64,000 nt of DNA from Myxococcota bacterium (GTDB taxonomy: Bacteria > Myxococcota_A > UBA796 > UBA2385), in contig JBIJDH010000015.1 in assembly GCA_044344255.1 (NCBI GenBank), forward strand, positions 1 to 64,000, in the 5' to 3' direction. The stretch's first letter is position 1. Every line of letters starts with the position of its first letter. The notes beneath the pieces were generated by a model. The model was not told where the DNA came from and made no database searches. It saw nothing but the letters and a program-made list of their open reading frames with translations. Position numbers and translations under genes: made by a program. Of this stretch, positions 1 through 9,098 are shown in pieces.

Positions 1-372
1 GGTCTGGCAGGTTGTCGAAGTGCTCCAGCAGCGTCGCCATGGCGACCTCCGAGGCCGCGGCAGATGCCCGGCGGTAAGAGATCAACACATGCTAACCTCT
101 TGCCCCGTCAAGATGCGATTGCCCTGTGGGCTCATCTCGGGGACGGCTGAACATTCCATTGATGAGCAACTGACCGCTGACTTTCGTATGAACGGCGCGC
201 TGGAAGTGACCGGCATATTTTGAGGTCGGGAAGATCCCGACAGACGCATGGCAATCTCGTCTTGACTGGGCGAGAGGTTGGCATGGATTGAACTCTAACC
301 GCAGGGCATCTATCGCGAACTCGGAGGTCCACTTGGCGACGCTGCTGGGGCACTTCGACTGCCAGCCAGACC
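1..372. repeat. Long imperfect inverted repeat: arms 1-126 and 247-372, 120-bp spacer; left arm probably truncated by the window edge
   Basis: Manual ungapped alignment of 1-126 to the reverse complement of 247-372 gives 104/126 matches. A small internal hairpin gtcggga-aga-tcccgac lies at 225-241. Confidence 0.9.
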
Positions 373-776
373 CTCCGGCGCCTTCCGCGCGGTGCTCCTA
401 TTAGAACGCCGCGCTCCTCCTCCTGGGGGGCCCATCCCAGCGCCACGAAGCCGTCTGAGGCGACCCACTTCGCCATCCTCTGGTTGGGGGTGAGGCGTGG
501 CGACCGCTCCGTGGCGACATACGCGTCAAAGTTGGCTCGGTAAGCAGGTTCCGCCCCAAGGAGGGAGGTCACGTTCGTGGGCACCTCCAGCCGTTACGCC
601 CGCCAGCTCATGCTCACGAAGCGGGGCAGGATCTAGGCGGTTCGGCCGAGGAGCAGGGCGAGCGGGAGGCCGAGGAGCCAGGCCCAGCGGAGGCCGTTTG
701 AGGTCGCCGGCTCGGCCTCCGTGGGCGACGGGGTTCCCGCCCTCCCGCCTCCCGCCTCCCGCGCCCCGAGGCCCGG

Positions 777-2048
777 TCACCAGAAGCGCGGGCTCGGCAC
801 CGGCCCGCCGGCCCAGAGGGCCTCGCGGCGGCCCTCGTAGGGCGGGGGGCCCATCGCGCGGGCGTGGAGGCGCATCGCCCGCAGGTCCGCCTCGGTGGGG
901 GCGGGGGGCGGGCTCGGGAGCGCGGCGATGCGGCGGCCGATGACGGCGGCGGGGGCGTCGTCGACGGCGACCTCGCCGGTGGGGCTCTGGCGGGCCTCCC
1001 AGGGCGCGGCCTCGTACTGGTGGAGGCGGCCGAGGAGGTCGGGCGCCACCGGGTGGTTCTTCAGCCAGTCGGCGGTGTGGGCGTAGAAGAGCTGGCCGGG
1101 GAGGCGGGTGGAGAGGGCGAGGAGCTGCTCGGGATCGAGATCGTCGGGGTCCCAGGCGACGACGAGGCCGCCGCCCTCTGGCCGCCAGGGCAGGGCCGGC
1201 ACGCCGAGGAGGAGGGCGACGGCGCGGCCGAGGATCTCGCTGCTGCGATCGGGGAGGAGCCAGACCCGGGGCGGGCGGCAGGACCAGGCCTCGAGGGCGG
1301 CGCGGAGGCGCTGGATCGAGGCCCGGAGCGAGCGCTCCGTGTCTTGCACCCAGGCGTAACGCCCGTTCATGAGGTCTTCGCCCTCGGGGGCGCGCTCGAG
1401 CAGCAGGCCGCCCGTGATGACCGAGTGCCAGCCGCGCAGGTCGAGGGGGCCCGCGGGCGGAAGGTCGATCGCGCGGAGGAGGGCGCGGCGGAGCTGGCTG
1501 AGCGTCTCCTGCACCTCGGGCTCGGCCTCGGGGCGGGGCTCGTCGGCGACGAGGGCGGCGAGCTCGAGATCGCCCGCCATCAGCGCGTTCCAGCCGAGCA
1601 TCGCCGCGTAGGGGGCGTGGGCCGCGGTGAGCGCAGGGCGGGCCTGGAGGAGGGCCACCACCTCGGCCGGGGCGCCCGCCCGCTCGAGGGCCGCGCAGCG
1701 CTCGGCGAGGATGCCGGGGTGCTGCGGATCGCGGGCCGCCGCGCGGGCGAGGGTGGTGGCGGCGAGCTCGGGCAGGCCGGCCTCGATGAGCTCCCAGCCG
1801 AGGGAGAGGAGGGTGGGCCCGTCGTCCTTCGCCCGGGCGTCGCGCACGCGCGCCGTGAGCGACTCCGCGCCGAGCGCGGCGCTGATCTCCTCGAAGAGCG
1901 CGAGCCCGGGGCTCCAGGCCTCGGGGCTGTCCACGAGGAGGGCCGCGGGGTGGTCAAGCAGCGGGCGGAGGCAGCGCCAGGCGGCCAGCGGCGGGCCCGC
2001 GGCGAGGGCTCGGCGGGTCTCTTCGAGGAGGGTGGCGGCGTCGCTCAT
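777..2048 (-). CDS. Hypothetical protein with TPR-like helical N-terminal half
   Basis: 423-aa ORF with GC-rich codon usage. Helical segments such as LSLGWELIEAGLPELAATTLARAAARDPQHP; the C-terminal half is an unrecognised alpha/beta domain. Confidence 0.7.
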   Translation of the reverse strand: MSDAATLLEETRRALAAGPPLAAWRCLRPLLDHPAALLVDSPEAWSPGLALFEEISAALGAESLTARVRDARAKDDGPTLLSLGWELIEAGLPELAATTLARAAARDPQHPGILAERCAALERAGAPAEVVALLQARPALTAAHAPYAAMLGWNALMAGDLELAALVADEPRPEAEPEVQETLSQLRRALLRAIDLPPAGPLDLRGWHSVITGGLLLERAPEGEDLMNGRYAWVQDTERSLRASIQRLRAALEAWSCRPPRVWLLPDRSSEILGRAVALLLGVPALPWRPEGGGLVVAWDPDDLDPEQLLALSTRLPGQLFYAHTADWLKNHPVAPDLLGRLHQYEAAPWEARQSPTGEVAVDDAPAAVIGRRIAALPSPPPAPTEADLRAMRLHARAMGPPPYEGRREALWAGGPVPSPRFW

Positions 2049-2096
2049 GGCCGGGAGGGTATCGCGACCGGGGGCAGCGGCGCTCGGCCGGCCCGA

Positions 2097-2945
2097 TCAG
2101 CCGCCGGCGCCGTAGAGGCGGGTCACCCGCTGGGGGCCCTTCTGCCGGTGGAAGACGTGCTCCTGCGCCGGGAAGTCGCCGGAGCGCACCTCGGCCTGGA
2201 ATTGCTTCATCGCGGCGATCGCGGGCCCCTCCAGCTCGGCGAAGCGCTTGACGAAGCGGGGCTGGAAGCGGCTGTCGAGGCCGAGGAGGTCGTTACAGAC
2301 GAGCACCTGGCCGTCGCAGCCGGCCCCGGCGCCGATGCCGATGGTGGGGATCGAGAGCTGGGCCGTGATCTCGGTGGCGAGCTCCTCGGGCACCATCTCC
2401 AGCACGAGGCAGAAGGCGCCGGCCTGCTCGAGGGCGGCAGCGTCGCGCATGAGGGCGGCGGCGGCCTCCTCTCCGCGGCCTTGCACCTTGAAGCCGCCGA
2501 GCTGGTTCACCGACTGCGGGGTGAGGCCGATGTGGCCGACGACGGGGATGCCCGCCTCGACGATGAGCCGCACGGCGGCCGCCGAGCGGGCGCCCCCCTC
2601 GAGCTTCACCGACTGGCAGCCCGTCTCTTTCACGATGCGGCCCGCGTTCTCGAGGGCCTGCACCGGGCTGAGCTGGTAGCTCATGAAGGGCATGTCCACC
2701 GTGAGGTGGGCGGAGCTCAGCCCCCGGGCGACGCAGCGCCCGTGGTAGATCATGTCGCCCACCGTCACCCCGAGGGTGTCGGGGAGCCCTTGAACGACCA
2801 TGCCCACGCTGTCTCCCACGAGGACCATGTCGATGCCCGCCTGATCGGCGATGCGGGCCATGGTGTAGTCGTAGGCCGTGATCATGGCGATCCGCTGGTT
2901 GCTGGCCTTCATCTCGTGAAGGTCCAGGACCGTCTTTCGCGCCAT
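2097..2945 (-). CDS. panB: 3-methyl-2-oxobutanoate hydroxymethyltransferase
   Basis: Motifs MITAYDY, LVGDSVGM, VDMPFMSY, VKLEGG, GHIGLTPQ, IGIGAG, DGQVLV. Start placed at the ATG of MARKTV. Confidence 0.97.
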   Translation of the reverse strand: MARKTVLDLHEMKASNQRIAMITAYDYTMARIADQAGIDMVLVGDSVGMVVQGLPDTLGVTVGDMIYHGRCVARGLSSAHLTVDMPFMSYQLSPVQALENAGRIVKETGCQSVKLEGGARSAAAVRLIVEAGIPVVGHIGLTPQSVNQLGGFKVQGRGEEAAAALMRDAAALEQAGAFCLVLEMVPEELATEITAQLSIPTIGIGAGAGCDGQVLVCNDLLGLDSRFQPRFVKRFAELEGPAIAAMKQFQAEVRSGDFPAQEHVFHRQKGPQRVTRLYGAGG

Positions 2946-3093
2946 ATGGGGGTATCCTCTGCGGTCCGTCCGGCAGGACGAGGAGGCCACACCTCTCGGC
3001 GGGGCCAGCTCCCGCGCACCCTCCCGGCCTCTCGGTCCAGGGGGTGACGGGCCTGCGGGATCTATCCCAAGCGGGGCGGTCGCGTCACCGGGG

Positions 3094-4563
3094 GTGGATG
3101 GCGCCCCGCGGATTGACGGAGCCCCGACCGGGGGGCACTATGGTGGGGTGAGTGATCGTCCTGCCGGCCCCTACCGCGTCCTCCTCGGCGGCTCCAACCC
3201 GGGGGCCCCCGAGCGCGAGCGCCTCGTGGCCAATCTGGCAGACCTCGTCGCGCTGGCCGCCGCGGGTCGGATCACGGCCCGCAGCCGCATCTGCACGGCG
3301 GGCGGCGCTGAGTGGCTCCCGCCGAGCGCCTTCCCCGCGCTCAAGCCCCACGTCGGGCCCGCCGATCCCTGGGCCGCCTGGGAAGACGCCGCCTCGGAAG
3401 ACCCCGCCTCGATAGATGGGGAGGCGAGGGACAGCGAGGGCGGCGAGGTCCACGACGATCCCGCGGCCGAGCGCGACGACGACCCGCCCACGCACGACGG
3501 CCCGCTCCACCTCGTGCCCTCGGAGGCGCTCGAAGAGCTGCCGCTGATCAGCCTGACGCCGGTCGCGGAGCCGGCGCGGCCGCCCAAGCTCGTGATCCAG
3601 TCGAAGACCCGCCCGCCCGCCGCGCCGCGAGAGCCCGCCGCGCCGCGAGAGCCCGTCGTGGCGCCCAAGGAGCGCTCCGCCCGCATGGCCCGCGAGCCCG
3701 AGCGCCCGATCCGCGAGGCGATCCCCCTCGCCGGCCGTCGCCCCCCCGTGGGGCCGCCGCCTGAAGAGCCCTCCGATCCCTCCCGCCCCGTGGCCGAGGT
3801 GATCGCCTTCCCCACGCGCAGCCACTCCACCTACGGCAGCGCCGCCCTGGCCGCCGATCCGCTGCCGCTCCTCATCCCGCGCGGGGCCGGTGACGAGACG
3901 ACCACGGGCGGCCGCACCCGCTGGATGCGCCTCGTGCTCTTCGCCGGGCTCTTGTTCTCCGCGCTCTTCGTGCTGCGCTGGTACGTCAAGACCACCTCCT
4001 CCGAGGACTTCGCGAGCGCCGCTGACCTCGCCGTGGCCCCGCCGCCGCCCGCCGGGATGACCCCCGCGCGCGCCGAGGGGCCGGGCGTCGACGCGGTCTA
4101 CGCCCTGATGGAGGACGAGCTCCGTGGGCGGCTGATGCCCCAGACCCGCGACATCGCCAAGGACGGAGACCTCGAGGAGGCGCTGCTCATCGAGCTCACC
4201 CGCCAGCGGGTCGAGGTCAAGCGGGTGCTGGCCCGGGTCCAGACCTGGACCGGCCGGCGCGGCGACGTGCCCCAGGTGGCCGACTTCCAGATCTGGGTGA
4301 AGTCCAAGCCGGGTGAGCTCGACCGGGAGCTGGCCGCCGTGGGCCTCGTCGTCGGCAAGTACATCAACTTCTACAGCCTCGAGGTGCCGCTCTTCGACGT
4401 CACCTTCGAGGGCCTCGGCCCCACCCCTCGCCGCCAGTCGATCGATCCGAACGCCGCCCGGTACTTCTACCGGCAGCGGCTGAACATCGTGGACTTCCTC
4501 ACCGGCAAGGTCCCCCAGAAGGCGGGCACCGGCGCGGGCGCCGCTCCACTCCGCGGCCCCTGA
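3094..4563 (+). CDS. Membrane protein: GYF_2-like N-terminal domain, Pro/acidic linker, one TM helix, C-terminal extracytoplasmic domain
   Basis: AAGRITARSRICTAGGAEWLPPSAFPAL resembles the GYF_2 pattern; TM segment LVLFAGLLFSALFVL. Start uncertain (GTG 3148 is an alternative). Confidence 0.6.
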   Translation: MDGAPRIDGAPTGGHYGGVSDRPAGPYRVLLGGSNPGAPERERLVANLADLVALAAAGRITARSRICTAGGAEWLPPSAFPALKPHVGPADPWAAWEDAASEDPASIDGEARDSEGGEVHDDPAAERDDDPPTHDGPLHLVPSEALEELPLISLTPVAEPARPPKLVIQSKTRPPAAPREPAAPREPVVAPKERSARMAREPERPIREAIPLAGRRPPVGPPPEEPSDPSRPVAEVIAFPTRSHSTYGSAALAADPLPLLIPRGAGDETTTGGRTRWMRLVLFAGLLFSALFVLRWYVKTTSSEDFASAADLAVAPPPPAGMTPARAEGPGVDAVYALMEDELRGRLMPQTRDIAKDGDLEEALLIELTRQRVEVKRVLARVQTWTGRRGDVPQVADFQIWVKSKPGELDRELAAVGLVVGKYINFYSLEVPLFDVTFEGLGPTPRRQSIDPNAARYFYRQRLNIVDFLTGKVPQKAGTGAGAAPLRGP

Positions 4564-4599
4564 GCGCGCCCGCCGGCGGGGCGGCTGGCCCTGCCCGCT

Positions 4600-5136
4600 T
4601 CAGCGCCCGTCCTTGGTCGCCGCCTTCAGCGCCTCGATGCTCCGCACGATGGCCGCGACCGAGGGAGCGCCGCGGTTGGCGAGGCGGATCTTGCGGTCCG
4701 GGTTGATGAGGTAGACGGTGCGGATGATCTTCAACAGGAAGGGGATGGGCACGGTGGCGTGGAAGCGCCGGGCCACGGCCCCGCCGCGGTCCGTGAGGAT
4801 CGGGAAGGTGAAGCCGAACTTCTCGGCGAAGGCGCGGTGGCTCTGCTGCTCGGCCGGGTTGATCGCGTAGACCTCGCAGCCGAGGGCCTTCAGTCGCGCA
4901 TGATGGGCCTGGAAGTCCTGCAGTTGGCGGGTGCAGCCCGGAGTGTCGTCGCCCGGGTAGAAGACGAGCACCGACCATTGGAGCTGGTTCATGCGGTGCC
5001 AGCTGTCGTCGTAGCTCTGGAGGTGCCACTCGGGCGCCGTCTCACCCTCGGGGAGGATCTCTGGGTAGAGCTGGTCTTTCACCGCCTGCTTGAGCGGTGC
5101 CGGCACAGCGCCGAGCAGCTTGTGGAGCGCGGACAT
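4600..5136 (-). CDS. Peroxiredoxin (Bcp/PrxQ-like, AhpC/TSA family)
   Basis: Peroxidatic motif LVFYPGDDTPGCTRQ; also FAEKFGFTFPILTD and RTVYLIN. Confidence 0.9.
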   Translation of the reverse strand: MSALHKLLGAVPAPLKQAVKDQLYPEILPEGETAPEWHLQSYDDSWHRMNQLQWSVLVFYPGDDTPGCTRQLQDFQAHHARLKALGCEVYAINPAEQQSHRAFAEKFGFTFPILTDRGGAVARRFHATVPIPFLLKIIRTVYLINPDRKIRLANRGAPSVAAIVRSIEALKAATKDGR

Positions 5137-5169
5137 CGGGGCACCTCACGAGGGGATCACACGAGGGGT

Positions 5170-6279
5170 TCAGGGAAGCGCGCGGCCGGCGAGGGGGCTG
5201 CCGCGGGGGACCCAGCGGGCGAGCGCGGGGGCGAGCATCAGCGGGCGCTGGGCGAGCTCGGCCGGGCTGCGGCACCCGGTGAGGAGGCAGGTGACGCGGA
5301 TCTCCATGATGATCCGCTCCACCGCTTCTTTCACGGCGGCGCGACCCCCGCGGGCCCAGGCGATGAGCAGGGGGCGGGCGACGCCGCCCACGGTGGCGCC
5401 GAGGGCGATGGCCTTGGCGATGTCGACGCCGTCTTGCACGCCGCCCGTGGCGCAGATCTGCAGGTGGAGGCCAGAGAGCTGGGCGACGCTGGCCGCGGTG
5501 GGGATGCCCCAGTCGCGGAAGCGCGCGCCGAGGCTGCGCTGGGCACCGGTGGCCCGAGCGGCCTCGACGGCGACCCAGCTCGTCCCGCCGGCGCCGCTGG
5601 TGTCGACGTGGCGCACGCCCACCCCGACGAGGCGCTCGCCCACGCTGCGCGACAGGCCGGAGCCCGTCTCCTTCACGATAACGGGCACGGGCAGCTCGGC
5701 CACGAGCCGGGCGATGGTGTCGAGGCCGCCGCGGAAGTCGTCATCACCCTCGGGCTGCACCACCTCCATCGCCGGGTTGAGGTGGACACAGAGCGCGTCG
5801 CAGCCGGTGCGCTCCAGGAGCTCTCGCAGCGCGGCGGTGCTGGTCGCGCGCGCCTGGACCACGCCGATGTTGCCGAGCAGGAGCGCGTTCGGGGCGACGT
5901 CGCGCACGAGGTAGCCAGCCGAGATGCCGCGGGTCAGGAGGGGCCGCTGCGAGCCGAAGCCGAAGCCGACCCCGAGCTCTTCGGCCACGCTGGCGAGGTC
6001 GCGGTTGATGGCCTCCGCGCGGTCGACACCGCCGGTCATCGCGGCGATGACGAGGGGGGCCCGGAGCACCTTGCCGGCGAAGGCGGTGGTGGTGTCGATC
6101 TCGGCGACCGCGAGCTCGGGGAGGGCGTCGTGGAGGAGCTCCACGGCCTCGAAGAGCGTCGTCTTCTGCAAGAAGCCCACGTCTCCGTCGGTGCAGAGAT
6201 CGATGTGGTCTGCCTTTCGGGCCGAGATCGAGGGCTCGCTCGAAGGGGGGGCGGCGGGGATGGCCTTCTCGTCGGGCAT
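5170..6279 (-). CDS. fni: Type 2 isopentenyl-diphosphate delta-isomerase (FMN-dependent)
   Basis: RKADHI, AMTGG, GSQR, HLNPAME, VKETGSG, GAGGTSW, WGIPT motifs. ATG 6279 overlaps the upstream stop (TAATG). Confidence 0.95.
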   Translation of the reverse strand: MPDEKAIPAAPPSSEPSISARKADHIDLCTDGDVGFLQKTTLFEAVELLHDALPELAVAEIDTTTAFAGKVLRAPLVIAAMTGGVDRAEAINRDLASVAEELGVGFGFGSQRPLLTRGISAGYLVRDVAPNALLLGNIGVVQARATSTAALRELLERTGCDALCVHLNPAMEVVQPEGDDDFRGGLDTIARLVAELPVPVIVKETGSGLSRSVGERLVGVGVRHVDTSGAGGTSWVAVEAARATGAQRSLGARFRDWGIPTAASVAQLSGLHLQICATGGVQDGVDIAKAIALGATVGGVARPLLIAWARGGRAAVKEAVERIIMEIRVTCLLTGCRSPAELAQRPLMLAPALARWVPRGSPLAGRALP

Positions 6280-7262
6280 TAAGCCCACCTCGGGTCCGAG
6301 CTGGCGCCCTCTGGCGACAGGTGCGGGGGAGCGCCGGGACTAACCGGACCAGCGGCCGGCGCGACCGTGACGGCGATGGGCGGCAGCCCTGCGGCGCGCG
6401 CTGCGGCGACGAAGGCGGCGCGGCGGTCTTCGTCGGGGAAGAGGGCCACCGCGATGTCGCCGCCCCCGGCGCCCGACGGCTTGGCGGCGCCGCGATGGTC
6501 GCGGGCGAGGGCGCGCAGGCGGGCGTGGGCCGGGGTCAGGTAGTCGATGCCGGCGCGCTCCGACATGCGGACGAGGGCGTCGCCCGCCGCCGAGAGGGCG
6601 GCGACGGGGTCATCGGCCCAGCCGGCGACGATCCGGCGCATCTCGGCCACGAAGGCCCCTCGATCGGGGGACGCCGCGTACTGCGTCACCCTCGGCCCGG
6701 TCGAGGCGGAGCGCCCGGACCAGATCACGACCAGGGCCGAGGCGGGGACGGCGAGGGCGCGGATGACCGGGAGGGGAGGGGACCCGGAGATCGCGGCGGG
6801 GCGCTCAAAGGAGAGGAGCCCGCCGTGCAGCGAGGCGGCGACGTCGATGCCCGAGCCCCCGCCCTGGACGGCGGCGTGGATGGCGTAGGCGTCAGTCGCG
6901 GGGCGGCCCGCGGCGAGGCAGGCGGCGACGCAGGCGGCGGCGGAGCCCCCGAAGCCGGGCTTGCCGGTGATGCCCAGCACGGGGTTCCAGGCGCGGAAGC
7001 GGTAGAGGCCAGGGGCCGCCCGGTCGGTGAGGGCGGGGCGCACGAAGCGGTCGTCACCGTCCGGGGTCTCGATCTGCAGGGCGGGCCCCCCCTCGGCGTC
7101 GGGCGGGCCTCGGCGGGCGCGGGCCTCGCACTCCACCCCCCGATCGACGGCCACAACGAGGGCCGGCGCGCCGTCGAGCACCGCGTATTCGCCCACCAGC
7201 ACGAGCTTGCCGGGGGCACGCCATGCAGAGGTGAGCGGCTCGGGCTCAGAGGAGGCGGGCAT
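6279..7262 (-). CDS. Phosphomevalonate kinase-like GHMP kinase
   Basis: APGKLVLVGEYAVL, KPGFGGSAA, GSGIDVAAS, KPSGAGGGD; position within the mevalonate operon. Confidence 0.85.
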   Translation of the reverse strand: MPASSEPEPLTSAWRAPGKLVLVGEYAVLDGAPALVVAVDRGVECEARARRGPPDAEGGPALQIETPDGDDRFVRPALTDRAAPGLYRFRAWNPVLGITGKPGFGGSAAACVAACLAAGRPATDAYAIHAAVQGGGSGIDVAASLHGGLLSFERPAAISGSPPLPVIRALAVPASALVVIWSGRSASTGPRVTQYAASPDRGAFVAEMRRIVAGWADDPVAALSAAGDALVRMSERAGIDYLTPAHARLRALARDHRGAAKPSGAGGGDIAVALFPDEDRRAAFVAAARAAGLPPIAVTVAPAAGPVSPGAPPHLSPEGASSDPRWA

Positions 7263-8205
7263 CGCCGCCGATCCCCAGCACCAGCACGTCGTCGGAGACG
7301 GTCCGGAGCGCCTCGGCGACCTGGGGCGCGTCGCTGGCGGCGGTCAGCACCTTTACGTTCGGCCCGGCGTCCATCGTGCACCAGGCGGGGACCCCCGCCC
7401 TGCGCAGCTCCTCGACCACCTGCTGGGCGGCGACGGACGCGGGCGCCCAGTAGCGGATCGGGGGCCGCGCCGAGAACATCGTCGCGTGCATCTTGTAGGT
7501 GGAGTGCTCCATGATCTCGCCGAGGGCGCCGAGATCGCGGGCGAGGATCGCCGCCCGGCCGAGCGCGACGTCGGCGGGCGCGCTGCTCACCCAGCCTGGG
7601 TAGAGGGGGCTGGTGGCCTCGGTGCGGGTCATGCCCGCGGTGGAGCCCACCGCCTTCGGCCCGGCGCCGATGATCGCCACCACCACGCGCAGATCCCAGT
7701 GATCGGAGGGGGCGAGGGGCCGCCCGTGGCAGTCCGAGCCGTCCGCCTCGACGCCCATCGGCCACTCGACCCAGCCGCCCCAGAGGCTGCGGGTGGCCGA
7801 GCCGGAGCCCCGGCGGGCCAGCACGGAGAGGCGCGCAGGGTCGAGATCCTGGCCCGCGGCGGCGGCGGCGGCCAGGGCCAGGGCGGCGAAGGCCGAGGAC
7901 GAGGAGGCGAGCCCGGCGGCGGTCGGGAAGTTGTTGGCGGACACCACCCGGCAGCGTGGGCGGGCGGGGTCAAAGAGATCGAGGAATCGACTAATCTTTT
8001 GAACGTCGCTCGGGCGGGCGGGCCGGCCGTTGAGCTCGAGCTCGTCGTCGGCCCGGTCGATGCCCCAGGTCACCTCGGTGACCGTCTGAAAGGTGTCGAG
8101 CGTGACGGAGAGGCTCGGCACCGCGGGCAGGTTCAGGGGGAGATCCCGCTTCCCCCAGTACTTCACGACGGCGATGTTGGGGTGCGCGAGGGCGGTGGCG
8201 CTCAA
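7246..8205 (-). CDS. mvaD: Diphosphomevalonate decarboxylase
   Basis: AHPNIAVVKYWGK, NNFPTAAGLASSSS, RRGSGSATRSL, TMDAGPNVK. TTG start at 8205 overlaps the upstream TGA. Confidence 0.95.
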   Translation of the reverse strand: MSATALAHPNIAVVKYWGKRDLPLNLPAVPSLSVTLDTFQTVTEVTWGIDRADDELELNGRPARPSDVQKISRFLDLFDPARPRCRVVSANNFPTAAGLASSSSAFAALALAAAAAAGQDLDPARLSVLARRGSGSATRSLWGGWVEWPMGVEADGSDCHGRPLAPSDHWDLRVVVAIIGAGPKAVGSTAGMTRTEATSPLYPGWVSSAPADVALGRAAILARDLGALGEIMEHSTYKMHATMFSARPPIRYWAPASVAAQQVVEELRRAGVPAWCTMDAGPNVKVLTAASDAPQVAEALRTVSDDVLVLGIGGDARLL

Positions 8206-9098
8206 GGGGCGCTCCAGGGGCGGACGGGGAAGGCGGTCAGGCCGCGCGCGCTCGCCGCGCGGAGGACCTGCTCGGGATCGCGGGCCAGCGCCACGACCAC
8301 GCCGCCGCCGCCCGCGCCTGCCAGCTTGGCGCCGTACGCGCCGGCGCGGAGGGCGAGGCCGACGAGGGCGTCGAGCTGCGGGTTCGAGACGCCGATCTCC
8401 CGCAGGCGCTCGTGGTTCTCGGAGAGGAGCGCCCCGAGGGTGACCATGTCCGGCGGGGCGCCACGCTCTGCGGCCTCGCACAGCAGGGTGACCAGGGTCT
8501 CCGTGAGCTGTCCGATGGCCTCGAGCGCGCCGTCGATGCCCGGCCGACGCGCGGCGACGCCGGCGACCTCCGCCGCGGTGTCGCCCGCGGTGCCGGAGTC
8601 GAGCACGACGAAGCGGAGGTCGGGGAGGGGCAGCGCCTCGATGATCGGCCCCTCGGCGCTGCGCCGGTAGAGCAGGCCGCCGCCGCGGGCGCTCACGGCG
8701 TGGTCCACGCCGGAGGGGTTGCCGTGAAAGACGCGCTCGACGGCGAAGCCGCGGCTGTGGCACTCCGCGAAGTCGGCGACCCGCCCCTCGAGGGCGGCGA
8801 GCGCGCGGACCAAGGCCACAGCGAGGGCGGCCGAGGAGCCCATCCCGCGGCCCACGGGCAGGTCGCTCTGGATCTGCACCCCCCAGCCCTCGGCGGGGAG
8901 GAGGGAGCGCAGGGCGGGGTCGAGGCGCGCGTCGGCGAAGGTCGCGGCGTCGACGCCGGTGGGGCCGGGGCGGCGGACGAGGGTGACGGTCGTGCCGCGG
9001 TCCACCGCGAAGGCGATGGCGCGGTGCCCCCAGACGACGGCGTGCTCGCCCGAGAGGATGAGCTTGCCGGGCGCGAAGCCCGTCGCCGCGCCGCTCAC
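8202..9098 (-). CDS. mvk: Mevalonate kinase
   Basis: PGKLILSGEHAVV, PVGRGMGSSAA, HGNPSGVD, AKLAGAGGGG. Confidence 0.93.
   Translation of the reverse strand: MSGAATGFAPGKLILSGEHAVVWGHRAIAFAVDRGTTVTLVRRPGPTGVDAATFADARLDPALRSLLPAEGWGVQIQSDLPVGRGMGSSAALAVALVRALAALEGRVADFAECHSRGFAVERVFHGNPSGVDHAVSARGGGLLYRRSAEGPIIEALPLPDLRFVVLDSGTAGDTAAEVAGVAARRPGIDGALEAIGQLTETLVTLLCEAAERGAPPDMVTLGALLSENHERLREIGVSNPQLDALVGLALRAGAYGAKLAGAGGGGVVVALARDPEQVLRAASARGLTAFPVRPWSAP

Noticed and set aside
1..372. Inverted repeat as a DGR template/variable repeat pair
   Set aside because: Mismatches are not restricted to adenines (at most 9 of 22 on any one strand), and there is no reverse transcriptase in the window.
85..410. 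Integron attC site (TAAC...GTT-like words at 93-96, 276-282, 296-299)
   Set aside because: No properly paired RYYYAAC/GTTRRRY boxes with attC spacing, the structure is too long, and there is no cassette array or integrase in view.
20..584. ORFs 20-223 (+) and 132-584 (-) as paralogous genes
   Set aside because: Their similarity simply reflects the DNA inverted repeat. Mismatches show no clear codon periodicity and there are no recognisable domains.
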